A stretch of 62,272 nucleotides of DNA, the filler included, from Globobulimina sp. (taxonomy: Eukaryota): NCBI GenBank assembly GCA_003354225.1. It is 35 parts of 35 records of this genome, joined end to end, with 100 filler letters (N's around TTAATTAATTAA, not from the genome) between each part and the next. Parts side by side here need not be neighbours in the genome. Positions count along the whole stretch, not along the records: positions 60,592 to 62,272 come from PIVH01013205.1; 34 more parts are not named here. One strand, 5' to 3'. Made by a program: the position numbers and the translations under genes. Positions 61,953 to 62,272 of the stretch are shown piece by piece. The notes under the pieces were generated by a model that saw only the letters and a program-made list of their open reading frames with translations, did not search any database and was not told where the DNA came from. How positions within the stretch are numbered: the first letter of the stretch is position 1; each line of letters starts with the position of its first letter.

Positions 61953-62272
61953 GTATACGGAATACAATGTGAAGATGTCATCCAACACATATATTTTTTT
62001 GCAAACATGCTGACTGCAAAGACGATTATAGTTTAGACTGTGAGAGATGTATGCGATTCAAACACGAGAGAAAATCACACAAATTCCATCCAAATGCACG
62101 TCACATTAAATGTGCAAACGATTTTTTAAACCAAAATCAATCGTTCAATGTTAAGTATTTTTGCCTGATGTTTGTACTATATTACTATCACAGTATCAAC
62201 AGCATAATAAAGAAAAAGGTTCCATTTTAGTGAAATGGGCGAATGTGAAAAAGGTTTTGTTTCATCATAGAT

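Overview
This is not contiguous genome. It is 35 unrelated contigs of 1683/1682/1681 bp, sorted by decreasing length and joined by an artificial 100-nt spacer (N44-TTAATTAATTAA-N44, stops in all six frames), so adjacency across spacers has no biological meaning. The DNA is AT-rich eukaryotic nuclear sequence in the standard code, with short (mostly 54-96 nt) GT-AG introns and very tight head-to-head gene pairs. Gene content and style suggest a protist, probably Rhizaria/Foraminifera; this is inference, and the contigs may come from more than one genome. Recognisable genes or fragments: theta-class GST, serine beta-lactamase-fold hydrolase, DEAD-box helicase, SLC37-type MFS transporter, FAAP24-like, mitochondrial carrier end, lectin-like and DUF1080-like surface proteins, nucleoside hydrolase fragment, DCTPP1, BBS5, RCC1-repeat protein, broken SAM-alpha-kinase, peptidase S28, NIP7, GT8, SAM/U-box E3, histidine phosphatase, RNASEH2B, AzgA, GH3 fragment and three divergent 7TM proteins. 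Mobile DNA includes a CR1-type LINE, a tyrosine-recombinase (DIRS/Ngaro-like) element without RT, MITE-like elements, tRNA-like relics and short repeats shared between contigs. Most notable are a ~650-nt strand-specific highly structured non-coding segment (49139-49785) with RNase P/MRP-like motifs, a myristoylated Tudor-like/pseudo-OTU/SAM/U-box protein, the RT-less YR element, an inverted-repeat-bounded contig carrying two gene fragments, and a strong excess of GTT splice donors. No complete new multi-gene system can be established from 1.7-kb fragments.
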